Under the pieces are notes generated by a model. That model worked only from the letters and a program-made list of their open reading frames with translations. It ran no database searches and was not told where the DNA came from. This document shows positions 13,101 through 26,600 of a stretch of DNA of 64,000 nt, piece after piece; the first letter of the stretch is position 1; each line of letters begins with the position of its first letter. Position numbers and translations under genes: made by a program. The stretch is from Botryllus schlosseri. Its lineage: Eukaryota. The stretch is taken from NCBI GenBank assembly GCA_051294905.1, contig CM119371.1, positions 35,466,001 to 35,530,000 on the forward strand. The letters run 5' to 3'.

Positions 13101-16100
13101 CCGTCTAGCTCGAGTCGAATCTCATCTCTACTTTTCAGAGAAATTGCACGAGTATCATCACCTGGCGAACGTCTGTCGCAAAATTACACGTATAGCTCTC
13201 GGATTGAAGACGCCGATATTTCTATCTTAGACAAGTGCTCCACTTTTAATCACGTTCAGGAGTCGAGGCTTGTCCCAAAGCATAATCGAACCGAGTTTTA
13301 GCCAATTCTACCGTCTAGTTCGAGTCTAATTTCATCTCTACTTTTCAGACAAATTGCACGAGTATCATCACCTGGCCAACGTCTTTCGCAAAATTACACG
13401 TATAGCTCTCGGATTGAAGACGCCGATATTTCTATCTTAGACAAGTGCTCCACTTTTAACCACGTTCAGGAGTCGAGGCTTGTCCCAAAGCATAATCGAG
13501 CCGAATTTCAGCCAATTCTACCGTCTAGTTCGAGTCGAATCTCATCTCTACTTTTCAGAGAAATAGCGCGAGTATCATCACCTGGCCAACGTCTTTCGCA
13601 AAATTACACGTATAGCTCTCGGATTAAAGACGCCGATATTTCTATCTTAGCCAAGTGCTCCACTTTTAATCACGTTCACGAGTCGAGGCTTGTCCCAAAG
13701 CATAATCGAACCGAGTTTTAGCCAATTCTACCGTCTTGTTCGAGTCGAATTTCATCTCTACTTTTCAGAGAAATTGCACGAGTATCATCACCTGGCCAAC
13801 GTCTTTCGCAAAATTACACGTATAGCTTTCGGATTAAAGACGCCGATATTTCTATCTTAGACAAGTGCTCCACTTTTAATCACGTTCACGAGTCGAGGCT
13901 TGTCCCAAAGCATAATCGAACCGAGTTTTAGCCAATTCTACCGTCTAGTTCGAGTCGAATTTCATCTCTACTTTTCAGAGAAATTGCACGAGTATCATCA
14001 CCTGGCCAACGTCTTTCGCAAAATTACACGTATAGCTTTCGGATTAAAGACGCCGATATTTCTATCTTAGACAAGTGCTCCACTTTTAATCACGTTCAGG
14101 AGTCGAGGCTTGTCCCAAAGCATAATCGAACCGAATTTCAGCCAATTCTACCGTCTAGTTCGAGTCGAATCTCATCTCTACTTTTCAGAGAAATAGCGCG
14201 AGTATCATCACCTGGCCAACGTCTTTCGCAAAATTACACGTATAGCTCTCGGATTAAAGACGCCGATATTTCTATCTTAGACAAGTGTTCCACTTTTAAC
14301 CACGTTCAGGATTCGAGGCTTGTCCCAAAGCATAATCGAACCGAATTTCAGCCAATTCTACCGTCTAGTTCGAGTCGAATCTCATCTCTACTTTTCAGAG
14401 AAATAGCGCGAGTATCATCACCTGGCCAACGTCTTTCGCAAAATTACACGTATAGCTCTCGGATTAAAGTCGCCGATATTTCTATCTTAGCCAAGTGCTC
14501 CACTTTTAATCACGTTCACGAGTCGAGGCTTGTCCCAAAGCATAATCGAACCGAGTTTTAGCCAATTCTACCGTCTAGTTCGAGTCGAATTTCATCTCTA
14601 CTTTTCAGAGAAATTGCACGAGTATCATCACCTGGCCAACGTCTTTCGCAAAATTACACGTATAGCTCTCGGATTAAAGACGCCGATATTTCTATCTTAG
14701 ACAAGTGCTCCACTTTTAATCACGTTCAGGAGTCGAGGCTTGTCCCAAAGCATAATCGAACCGAGTTTAAGCCAATTCTACCGTCTAGTTCGAGTCGAAT
14801 TTCATCTCTACTTTTCAGAGAAATTGCACGAGTATCATCACCTGGCCAACGTCTGTCGCAAAATTACACGTATAGCTCTCGGATTGAAGACGCCGATATT
14901 TCTATCTTAGACAAGTGCTCCACTTTTAATCACGTTCAGGAGTCGAGGCTTGTCCCAAAGCATAATCGAACCGAGTTTTAGCCAATTCTACCGTCTAGTT
15001 CGAGTCTAATTTCATCTCCACTTTTCAGAGAAATTGCACGAGTATCATCACCTGGCCAACGTCTTTCGCAAAATTACACGTATAGCTCTCGGATTGAAGA
15101 CGCCGATATTTCTATCTTAGACAAGTGCTCCACTTTTAACCACGTTCAGGAGTCGAGGCTTGTCCCAAAGCATAATCGAACCGAATTTCAGCCAATTCTA
15201 CCGTCTAGCTCGAGTCGAATCTCATCTCTACTTTTCAGAGAAATAGCGCGAGTATCATCACCTGGCCAACGTCTTTCGCAAAATTACACGTATAGCTCTC
15301 GGATTAAAGACGCCGATATTTCTATCTTAGACAAGTGCTCCACTTTTAATCACGTTCAGGAGTCGAGGCTTGTCCCAAAGCATAATCGAACCGAGTTTGA
15401 GCCAATTCTACCGTCTAGTTCGAGTCGAATTTCATCTCTACTTTTCAGAGAAATTGCACGAGTATCATCACCTGGCCAACGTCTGTCGCAAAATTACACG
15501 TATAGCTCTCGGATTGAAGACGCCGATATTTCTATCTTAGACAAGTGCTCCACTTTTAATCACGTTCAGGAGTCGAGGCTTGTCCCAAAGCATAATCGAA
15601 CCGAGTTTTAGCCAATTCTACCGTCTAGTTCGAGTCTAATTTCATCTCCACTTTTCAGAGAAATTGCACGAGTATCATCACCTGGCCAACGTCTTTCGCA
15701 AAATTACACGTATAGCTCTCGGATTGAAGACGCCGATATTTCTATCTTAGACAAGTGCTCCACTTTTAACCACGTTCAGGAGTCGAGGCTTGTCCCAAAG
15801 CATAATCGAACCGAATTTCAGCCAATTCTACCGTCTAGTTCGAGTCGAATCTCATCTCTACTTTTCAGAGAAATAGCGCGAGTATCATCATCTGGCCAAC
15901 GTCTTTCGCAAAATTACACGTATAGCTTTCGGATTAAAGACGCCGATATTTCTATCTTAGACAAGTGCTCCACTTTTAATCACGTTCAGGAGTCGAGGCT
16001 TGTCCCAAAGCATAATCGAACCGAGTTTTAGCCAATTCTACCGTCTAGTTCGAGTCGAATTTCATCTCTACTTTTCAGAGAAATTGCACGAGTATCATCA

Positions 16101-19100
16101 CCTGGCCAACGTCTTTCGCGAAATTACACGTATAGCTCTCGGATTAAAGACGCCGATATTTCTATCTTAGACAAGTGCTCCACTTTTAACCACGTTCAGG
16201 AGTCGAGGCTTGTCCCAAAGCATAATCGAACCTAATTTAAGCCAATTCTACCGTCTAGTTCGAGTCGAATCTCATCTCTACTTTTCAGAGAAATTGCACG
16301 AGTATCATCACCTGGCCTACGTCTTTCGCAAAATTACACGTATAGCTCTCGGATTAAAGTCGCCGATATTTCTATCTTAGCCAAGTGCTCCACTTTTAAT
16401 CACGTTCACGAGTCGAGGCTTGTCCCAAAGCATAATCGAACCGAGTTTTAGCCAATTCTACCGTCTAGTTCGAGTCGAATTTCATCTCTACTTTTCAGAG
16501 AAATTGCACAAGTATGATCACCTGGCCAGCGTCTTTCGCAAAATTACACGTATAGCTTTCGGATTAAAGACGCCGATATTTCTATCTTAGACAAGTGCTC
16601 CACTTTTAATCACGTTCAGGAGTCGAGGCTTGTCCCAAAGCATAATCGAACCGAGTTTTAGCCAATTCTACCGTCTAGTTCGAGTCGAATTTCATCTCTA
16701 CTTTTCAGAGAAATTGCACGAGTATCATCACCTGGCCAACGTCTTTCGCAAAATTACACGTATAGCTCTCGGATTAAAGACGCCGATATTTCTATCTTAG
16801 ACAAGTGCTCCACTTTTAACCACGTTCAGGAGTCGAGGCTTGTCCCAAAGCATAATCGAACCTAATTTAAGCCAATTCTACCGTCTAGTTCGAGTCGAAT
16901 CTCATCTCTACTTTTCAGAGAAATAGCGCGAGTATCATCACCTGGCCAACGTCTTTCGCAAAATTACACGTATAGCTCTCGGATTAAAGACGCCGATATT
17001 TCTATCTTAGACAAGTGCTCCACTTTTAATCACGTTCAGGAGTCGAGGCTTGTCCCAAAGCATAATCGAACCGAGTTTTAGCCAATTCTACCGTCTAGTT
17101 CGAGTCGAATTTCATCTCTACTTTTCAGAGAAATTGCACGAGTATCATCACCTTGCCAACGTCTTTCGCAAAATTACACGTATAGCTCTCGGATTAAAGA
17201 CGCCGATATTTCTATCTTAGACAAGTGCTACACTTTTAATCACGTTCAGGAGTCGAGGCTTGTCGAAAAGCATAATCGAACCGAGTTTTAGCCAATTCTA
17301 CCGTCTAGTTCGAGTCGAATTTCATCTCTACTTTTCAGAGAAATTGCACGAGTATCATCACCTGGCCAACGTCTTTCGCAAAATTACACGTATAGCTCTC
17401 GGATTAAAGACGCCGATATTTCTATCTTAGACAAGTGCTCCACTTTTAATCACGTTCAGGAGTCGAGGCTTGTCCCAAAGCATAATCGAACCGAGTTTTA
17501 GCCAATTCTACCGTCTTGTTCGAGTCGAATTTCATCTCTACTTTTCAGAGAAATTGCACGAGTATCATCACCTGGCCAACGTCTTTCGCAAAATTACACG
17601 TATAGCTCTCGGATTAAAGACGCCGATATTTCTATCTTAGACAAGTGCTCCACTTTTAATCACGTTCAGGAGTCGTGGCTTGTCCCAAAGCATGATCGAA
17701 CCGAGTTTTAGCCAATTCTACCGTCTAGTTCGAGTCGAATTTCATCTCTACTTTTCAGAGAAATTGCACGAGTATCATCACCTGGCCAACGTCTTTCGCA
17801 AAATTACACGTATAGCTCTCGGATTAAAGACGCCGATATTTCTATCTTAGACAAGTGCTCCACTTTTAACCACGTTCAGGAGTCGAGGCTTGTCCCAAAG
17901 CATAATTGAACCTAATTTCAGCCAATTCTACCGTCTAGTTCGAGTCGAATATCATCTCTACTTTTCAGAGAAATAGCGCGAGTGTCATCACCTGGCTAAC
18001 GTCTTTCGCAAAATTACACGTATAGCTCTCGGATTAAAGACGCCGACATTTCTATCTTAGACAAGTGCTCCACTTTTAATCACGTTCACGAGTCGAGGCT
18101 TGTCCCAAAGCATAATCGAACCGAGTTTTAGCCAATTCTACCGTCTAGTTCGAGTCGAATTTCATCTCTACTTTTCAGAGAAATTGCACGAGTATCATCA
18201 CCTGGCCAACGTCTTTCGCAAAATTACACGTATAGCTCTCGGATTAAAGACGCCGATATTTCTATCTTAGACAAGTGCTCCACTTTTAATCACGTTCAGG
18301 AGTCGAGGCTTGTCCCAAAGCATAATCGAACCGAGTTTTAGCCAATTCTACCGTCTAGTTCGAGTCGAATTTCATCTCTACTTTTCAGAGAAATTGCACG
18401 ATTCTCATCACCTGGCCAACGTCTTTCGCAAAATTACACGTATAGCTCTCGGATTAAAGACGCCGATATTTCTATCTTAGACAAGTGCTCCACTTTTAAT
18501 CACGTTCAGGAGTCGAGGCTTGTCCCAAAGCATAATCGAACCTAATTTAAGCCAATTCTACCGTCTAGTTCGAGTGGAATATCATCTCTACTTTTCAGAG
18601 AAATTGCACGAGTATCATCACCTGGCCAACGTCTTTCGCAGAATTACACGTATAGCTCTCGGATTAAAGACGCCGATATTTCTATCTTAGACAACTGTTC
18701 CACTTTTAACCACGTTCAGGAGTCGAGGCTTGTCCCAAAGCATAATCGAACCTAATTTAAGCCAATTCTACCGTCTAGTTCGAGTCGAATATCATCTCTA
18801 CTTTGCAGAGAAATAGCGCGAGTATCATCACCTGGCTAACGTCTTTCGCAAAATTACACGTATAGCTCTCGGATTGAAGACGCCGACATTTCTATCTTAG
18901 ACAAGTGCTCCACTTTTAACCACGTTCAGGATTCGAGGCTTGTCCCAAAGCATAATCGAACCGAATTTCAGCCAATTCTACCGTCTAGTTCCAGTCGAAT
19001 CTCATCTCTACTTTTCAGAGAAATTGCACGAGTATCATCACCTGGCCAACGTTTTTCGCAAAATTACACGTATAGCTCTCGGATTAAAGACGCCGATATT

Positions 19101-19539
19101 TCTATCTTAGACAAGTGCTACACTTTTAATCACGTTCAGGAGTCGAGGCTTGTCACAAAGCATAATCGAACCGAGTTTTAGCCAATTCTACCGTCTAGCT
19201 CGAGTCGAATTTCATCTCTACTTTTCAGAGAAATTGCACGAGTATCATCACCTGGCCAACGTCTTTCGCAAAATTACACGTATAGCTCTCGGATTAAAGA
19301 CGCCGATATTTCTTTTTTAGACAAGTGCTCCACTTTTAACCACGTTCAGGATTCGAGGCTTGTCCCAAAGCATAATCGAACCGAGTTTTAGCCAATTCTA
19401 CCGTCTAGTTCGAGTCTAATTTCATCACTACTTTTCAGAGAAATTGCACGAGTATCATCACCTGGCCAACGTCTTTCGCAAAATTACACGTATAGCTCTC
19501 GGATTGAAGACGCCGATATTTCTATCTTAGACAAGTGCT

Positions 19540-22500
19540 CCACTTTTAACCACGTTCAGGAGTCGAGGCTTGTCCCAAAGCATAATCGAACCGAATTTCA
19601 GCCAATTCTACCGTCTAGTTCGAGTCGAATCTCATCTCTACTTTTCAGAGAAATAGCGCGAGTATCATCACCTGGCCAACGTCTTTCGCAAAATTACACG
19701 TATAGCTCTCGGATTAAAGTCGCCGATATTTCTATCTTAGCCAAGTGCTCCACTTTTAATCACGTTCACGAGTCGAGGCTTGTCCAAAACCATAATCGAA
19801 CCGAGTTTTAGCCAATTCTACCGTCTAGTTCGAGTCGAATTTCATCTCTACTTTTCAGAGAAATTGCACGAGTATCATCACCTGGCCAACGTCTTTCGCA
19901 AAATTACACGTATAGCTTTCGGATTAAAGACGCCGATATTTCTATCTTAGACAAGTGCTCCACTTTTAATCACGTTCAGGAGTCGAGGCTTGTCCCAAAG
20001 CATAATCGAACCGAGTTTTAGCCAATTCTACCGTCTAGTTCGAGTCGAATTTCATCTCTACTTTTCAGAGAAATTGCACGAGTATCATCACCTGGCCAAC
20101 GTCTTTCGCAAAATTACACGTGTAGCTCTCGGATTAAAGACGCCGATATTTCTATCTTAGACAAGTGCTCCACTTTTAATCACGTTCAGGAGTCGAGGCT
20201 TGTCCCAAAGCATAATCGAACCTAATTTAAGCCAATTCTACCGTCTAGTTCGAGTCGAATCTCATCTCTACTTTTCAAAGAAATAGCGCGAGTATCATCA
20301 CCTGGCCAACGTCTTTCGCAAAATTACACGTATAGCTCTCGGATTAAAGACGCCGATATTTCTATCTTAGACAAGTGCTCCACTTTTAATCACGTTCAGG
20401 AGTCGAGGCTTGTCCCAAAGCATAATCGAACCGAATTTCAGCCAATTCTACCGTCTAGTTCGAGTCGAATCTCATCTCTACTTTTCAGAGAAATAGCGCG
20501 AGTATCATCACCTGGCCAACGTCTTTCGAAAAATTACACGTATAGCTCTCGGATTAAAGACGCCGATATTTCTATCTTAGACAAGTGCTACACTTTTAAT
20601 CACGTTCAGGAGTCGAGGCTTGTCGAAAAGCATAATCGAACCGAGTTTTAGCCAATTCTACCGTCTAGTTCGAGTCGAATTTCATCTCTACTTTTCAGAG
20701 AAATTGCACGAGTATCATCACCTGGCCAACGTCTTTCGCAAAATTACACGTATAGCTCTCGGATTAAAGACGCCGATATTTCTATCTTAGACAAGTGCTT
20801 CACTTTTAATCACGTTCAGGAGTCGAGGCTTGTCCCAAAGCATAATCGAACCGAGTTTTAGCCAATTCTACCGTCTTGTTCGAGTCGAATTTCATCTCTA
20901 CTTTTCAGAGAAATTGCACGAGTATCATCACCTGGCCAACGTCTTTCGCAAAATTACACGTATAGCTCTCGGATTAAAGACGCCGATATTTCTATCTTAG
21001 ACAAGTGCTCCACTTTTAATCACGTTCAGGAGTCGAGGCTTGTCCCAAAGCATGATCGAACCGAGTTTTAGCCAATTCTACCGTCTAGTTCGAGTCGAAT
21101 TTCATCTCTACTTTTCAGAGAAATTGCACGAGTATCATCACCTGGCCTACGTCTTTCGCAAAATTACACGTATAGCTCTCGGATTAAAGTCGCCGATATT
21201 TCTATCTTAGCCAAGTGCTCCACTTTTAATCACGTTCACGAGTCGAGGCTTGTCCCAAAGCATAATCGAACCGAGTTTTAGCCAATTCTACCGTCTAGTT
21301 CGAGTCGAATTTCATCTCTACTTTTCAGAGAAATTGCACAAGTATCATCACCTGGCCAGCGTCTTTCGCAAAATTACACGTATAGCTTTCGGATTAAAGA
21401 CGCCGATATTTCTATCTTAGACAAGTGCTCCACTTTTAATCACGTTCAGGAGTCGAGGCTTGTCCCAAAGCATAATCGAACCGAGTTTTAGCCAATTCTA
21501 CCGTCTAGTTCGAGTCGAATTTCATCTCTACTTTTCAGAGAAATTGCACAAGTATCATCACCTGGCCAGCGTCTTTCGCAAAATTACACGTATAGCTTTC
21601 GGATTAAAGACGCCGATATTTCTATCTTAGACAAGTGCTCCACTTTTAACCACGTTCAGGAGTCGAGGCTTGTCCCAAAGCATAATCGAACCGAATTTCA
21701 GCCAATTCTACCGTCTAGTTCGAGTCGAATCTCATCTCTACTTTTCAGAGAAATAGCGCGAGTATCATCACCTGGCCAACGTCTTTCGCAAAATTACACG
21801 TATAGCTCTCGGATTAAAGTCGCCGATATTTCTATCTTAGCCAAGTGCTCCACTTTTAATCACGTTCACGAGTCGAGGCTTGTCCAAAACCATAATCGAA
21901 CCGAGTTTTAGCCAATTCTACCGTCTAGTTCGAGTCGAATTTCATCTCTACTTTTCAGAGAAATTGCACGAGTATCATCACCTGGCCAACGTCTTTCGCA
22001 AAATTACACGTATAGCTTTCGGATTAAAGACGCCGATATTTCTATCTTAGACAAGTGCTCCACTTTTAATCACGTTCAGGAGTCGAGGCTTGTCCCAAAG
22101 CATAATCGAACCGAGTTTTAGCCAATTCTACCGTCTAGTTCGAGTCGAATTTCATCTCTACTTTTCAGAGAAATTGCACGAGTATCATCACCTGGCCAAC
22201 GTCTTTCGCAAAATTACACGTATAGCTCTCGGATTAAAGACGCCGATATTTCTATCTTAGACAAGTGCTCCACTTTTAATCACGTTCAGGAGTCGAGGCT
22301 TGTCCCAAAGCATAATCGAACCTAATTTAAGCCAATTCTACCGTCTAGTTCGAGTCGAATCTCATCTCTACTTTTCAAAGAAATAGCGCGAGTATCATCA
22401 CCTGGCCAACGTCTTTCGCAAAATTACACGTATAGCTCTCGGATTAAAGACGCCGATATTTCTATCTTAGACAAGTGCTCCACTTTTAATCACGTTCAGG

Positions 22501-23600
22501 AGTCGAGGCTTGTCCCAAAGCATAATCGAACCGAATTTCAGCCAATTCTACCGTCTAGTTCGAGTCGAATCTCATCTCTACTTTTCAGAGAAATAGCGCG
22601 AGTATCATCACCTGGCCAACGTCTTTCGAAAAATTACACGTATAGCTCTCGGATTAAAGACGCCGATATTTCTATCTTAGACAAGTGCTACACTTTTAAT
22701 CACGTTCAGGAGTCGAGGCTTGTCGAAAAGCATAATCGAACCGAGTTTTAGCCAATTCTACCGTCTAGTTCGAGTCGAATTTCATCTCTACTTTTCAGAG
22801 AAATTGCACGAGTATCATCACCTGGCCAACGTCTTTCGCAAAATTACACGTATAGCTCTCGGATTAAAGACGCCGATATTTCTATCTTAGACAAGTGCTT
22901 CACTTTTAATCACGTTCAGGAGTCGAGGCTTGTCCCAAAGCATAATCGAACCGAGTTTTAGCCAATTCTACCGTCTTGTTCGAGTCGAATTTCATCTCTA
23001 CTTTTCAGAGAAATTGCACGAGTATCATCACCTGGCCAACGTCTTTCGCAAAATTACACGTATAGCTCTCGGATTAAAGACGCCGATATTTCTATCTTAG
23101 ACAAGTGCTCCACTTTTAATCACGTTCAGGAGTCGAGGCTTGTCCCAAAGCATGATCGAACCGAGTTTTAGCCAATTCTACCGTCTAGTTCGAGTCGAAT
23201 TTCATCTCTACTTTTCAGAGAAATTGCACGAGTATCATCACCTGGCCTACGTCTTTCGCAAAATTACACGTATAGCTCTCGGATTAAAGTCGCCGATATT
23301 TCTATCTTAGCCAAGTGCTCCACTTTTAATCACGTTCACGAGTCGAGGCTTGTCCCAAAGCATAATCGAACCGAGTTTTAGCCAATTCTACCGTCTAGTT
23401 CGAGTCGAATTTCATCTCTACTTTTCAGAGAAATTGCACAAGTATCATCACCTGGCCAGCGTCTTTCGCAAAATTACACGTATAGCTTTCGGATTAAAGA
23501 CGCCGATATTTCTATCTTAGACAAGTGCTCCACTTTTAATCACGTTCAGGAGTCGAGGCTTGTCCCAAAGCATAATCGAACCGAGTTTTAGCCAATTCTA
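19540..23600. repeat. 10-monomer (2100 bp) tandem duplication; a third copy lies near 27100-29100; boundaries approximate
   Basis: tgtccaaaac 19791/21891/27351; cttttcaaag 20271/22371/27831; gtctttcgaa 20521/22621/28081; cctggcctac 21141/23241/28701. Confidence 0.85.
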
Positions 23601-26600
23601 CCGTCTAGTTCGAGTCGAATTTCATCTCTACTTTTCAGAGAAATTGCACGAGTATCATCACCTGGCCAACGTCTTTCGCAAAATTACACGTATAGCTCTC
23701 GGATCAAAGACGCCGACATTTCTATCTTAGACAAGTGCTCCACTTTTAACCACGTTCAGGATTCGAGGCTTGTCCCAAAGCATAATCGAACCGAATTTCA
23801 GCCAATTCTACCGTCTAGTTCCAGTCGAATCTCATCTCTACTTTTCAGAGAAATTGCACGAGTATCATCACCTGGCCAACGTTTTTCGCAAAATTACACG
23901 TATAGCTCTCGGATTAAAGACGCCGATATTTCTATCTTAGACAAGTGCTACACTTTTAATCACGTTCAGGAGTCGAGGCTTGTCACAAAGCATAATCGAA
24001 CCGAGTTTTAGCCAATTCTACCGTCTAGTTCGAGTCGAATATCATCTCTACTTTTCAGAGAAATAGCGCGAGTATCATCACCTGGCTAACGTCTTTCGCA
24101 AAATTACACGTATAGCTCTCGGATTAAAGACGCCGACATTTCTATCTTAGACAAGTGCTCCACTTTTAACCACGTTCAGGATTCGAGGCTTGTCCCAAAG
24201 CATAATCGAACCGAATTTCAGCCAATTCTACCGTCTAGTTCGAGTCGAATCTCATCTCTACTTTTCAGAGAAATAGCGCGAGTATCATCACCTGGCCAAC
24301 GTCTTTTGCAAAATTACACGTATAGCTCTCGGATTAAAGTCGCCGATATTTCTATCTTAGCCAAGTGCTCCACTTTTAACCACGTTCACGAGTCGAGGCT
24401 TGTCCCAAAGCATAATCGAACCGAGTTTTAGCCAATTCTACCGTCTAGTTCGAGTCGAATTTCATCTCTACTTTTCAGAGAAATTGCACGAGTATCATCA
24501 CCTGGCCAACGTCTTTCGCAAAATTACACGTATAGCTCTCGGATTAAAGACGCCGATATTTCTATCTTAGACAAGTGCTCCACTTTTAATCACGTTCAGG
24601 AGTCGAGGCTTGTCCCAAAGCATAATCGAACCGAGTTTAAGCCAATTCTACCGTCTAGTTCGAGTCGAATTTCATCTCTACTTTTCAGAGAAATTGCACG
24701 AGTATCATCACCTGGCCAACGTCTGTCGCAAAATTACACGTATAGCTCTCGGATTGAAGACACCGATATTTCTATCTTAGACAAGTGCTCCACTTTTAAT
24801 CACGTTCAGGAGTCGAGGCTTGTCCCAAAGCATAATCGAACCGAGTTTTATCCAATTCTACCGTCTAGTTCGAGTCGAATTTCATCTCTACTTTTCAGAG
24901 AAATTGCACGAGTATCATCACCTGGCCAACGTCTTTCGCAAAATTACACGTATAGCTCTCGGATTGAAGACGCCGATATTTCTATCTTAGACAAGTGCTC
25001 CACTTTTAACCACGTTCAGGAGTCGAGGCTTGTCCCAAAGCATAATCGAACCGAATTTCAGCCAATTCTACCGTCTAGTTCGAGTCGAATCTCATCTCTA
25101 CTTTTCAGAGAAATAGCGCGAGTATCATCACCTGGCCAACGTCTTTCGCAAAATTACACGTATAGCTCTCGGATTAAAGTCGCCGATATTTCTATCTTAG
25201 CCAAGTGCTCCACTTTTAATCACGTTCACGAGTCGAGGCTTGTCCCAAAGCATAATCGAACCGAGTTTTAGCCAATTCTACCGTCTAGTTCGAGTCGAAT
25301 TTCATCTCTACTTTTCAGAGAAATTGCACAAGTATCATCACCTGGCCAGCGTCTTTCGCAAAATTACACGTATAGCTTTCGGATTAAAGACGCCGATATT
25401 TCTATCTTAGACAAGTGCTCCACTTTTAATCACGTTCAGGAGTCGAGGCTTGTCCCAAAGCATAATCGAACCGAGTTTTAGCCAATTCTACCGTCTAGTT
25501 CGAGTCGAATTTCATCTCTACTTTTCAGAGAAATTGCACGAGTATCATCACCTGGCCAACGTCTTTCGCAAAATTACACGTATAGCTCTCGGATTAAAGA
25601 CGCCGATATTTCTATCTTAGACAAGTGCTCCACTTTTAACCACGTTCAGGAGTCGAGGCTTGTCCCAAAGCATAATCGAACCTAATTTAAGCCAATTCTA
25701 CCGTCTAGTTCGAGTCGAATCTCATCTCTACTTTTCAGAGAAATAGCGCGAGTATCATCACCTGGCCAACGTCTTTCGCAAAATTACACGTATAGCTCTC
25801 GGATTAAAGACGCCGATATTTCTATCTTAGACAAGTGCTCCACTTTTAATCACGTTCAGGAGTTGAGGCTTGTCCCAAAGCATAATCGAACCGAGTTTTA
25901 GCCAATTCTACCGTCTAGTTCGAGTCGAATTTCATCTCTACTTTTCAGAGAAATTGCACGAGTATCATCACCTGGCCAACGTCTTTCGCAAAATTACACG
26001 TATAGCTCTCGGATTAAAGACGCCGATATTTCTTTTTTAGACAAGTGCTCCACTTTTAACCAAGTTCAGGAATCGAGGCTTGTCTCAAAGCATAATCGAA
26101 CCGAGTTTTAGCCAATTCTACCGTCTAGTTCGAGTCGAATATCATCTCTACTTTTCAGAGAAATAGCGCGAGTATCATCACCTGGCTAACGTCTTTCGCA
26201 AAATAACACGTATAGCTCTCGGATTAAAGACGCCGACATTTCTATCTTAGACAAGTGCTCCACTTTTAACCACGTTCAGGATTCGAGGCTTGTCCCAAAG
26301 CATAATCGAACCGAATTTCAGCCAATTCTACCGTCTAGTTCGAGTCGAATCTCATCTCTACTTTTCAGAGAAATAGCGCGAGTATCATCACCTGGCCAAC
26401 GTCTTTTGCAAAATTACACGTATAGCTCTCGGATTAAAGTCGCCGATATTTCTATCTTAGCCAAGTGCTCCACTTTTAACCACGTTCACGAGTCGAGGCT
26501 TGTCCCAAAGCATAATCGAACCGAGTTTTAGCCAATTCTACCGTCTAGTTCGAGTCGAATTTCATCTCTACTTTTCAGAGAAATTGCACGAGTATCATCA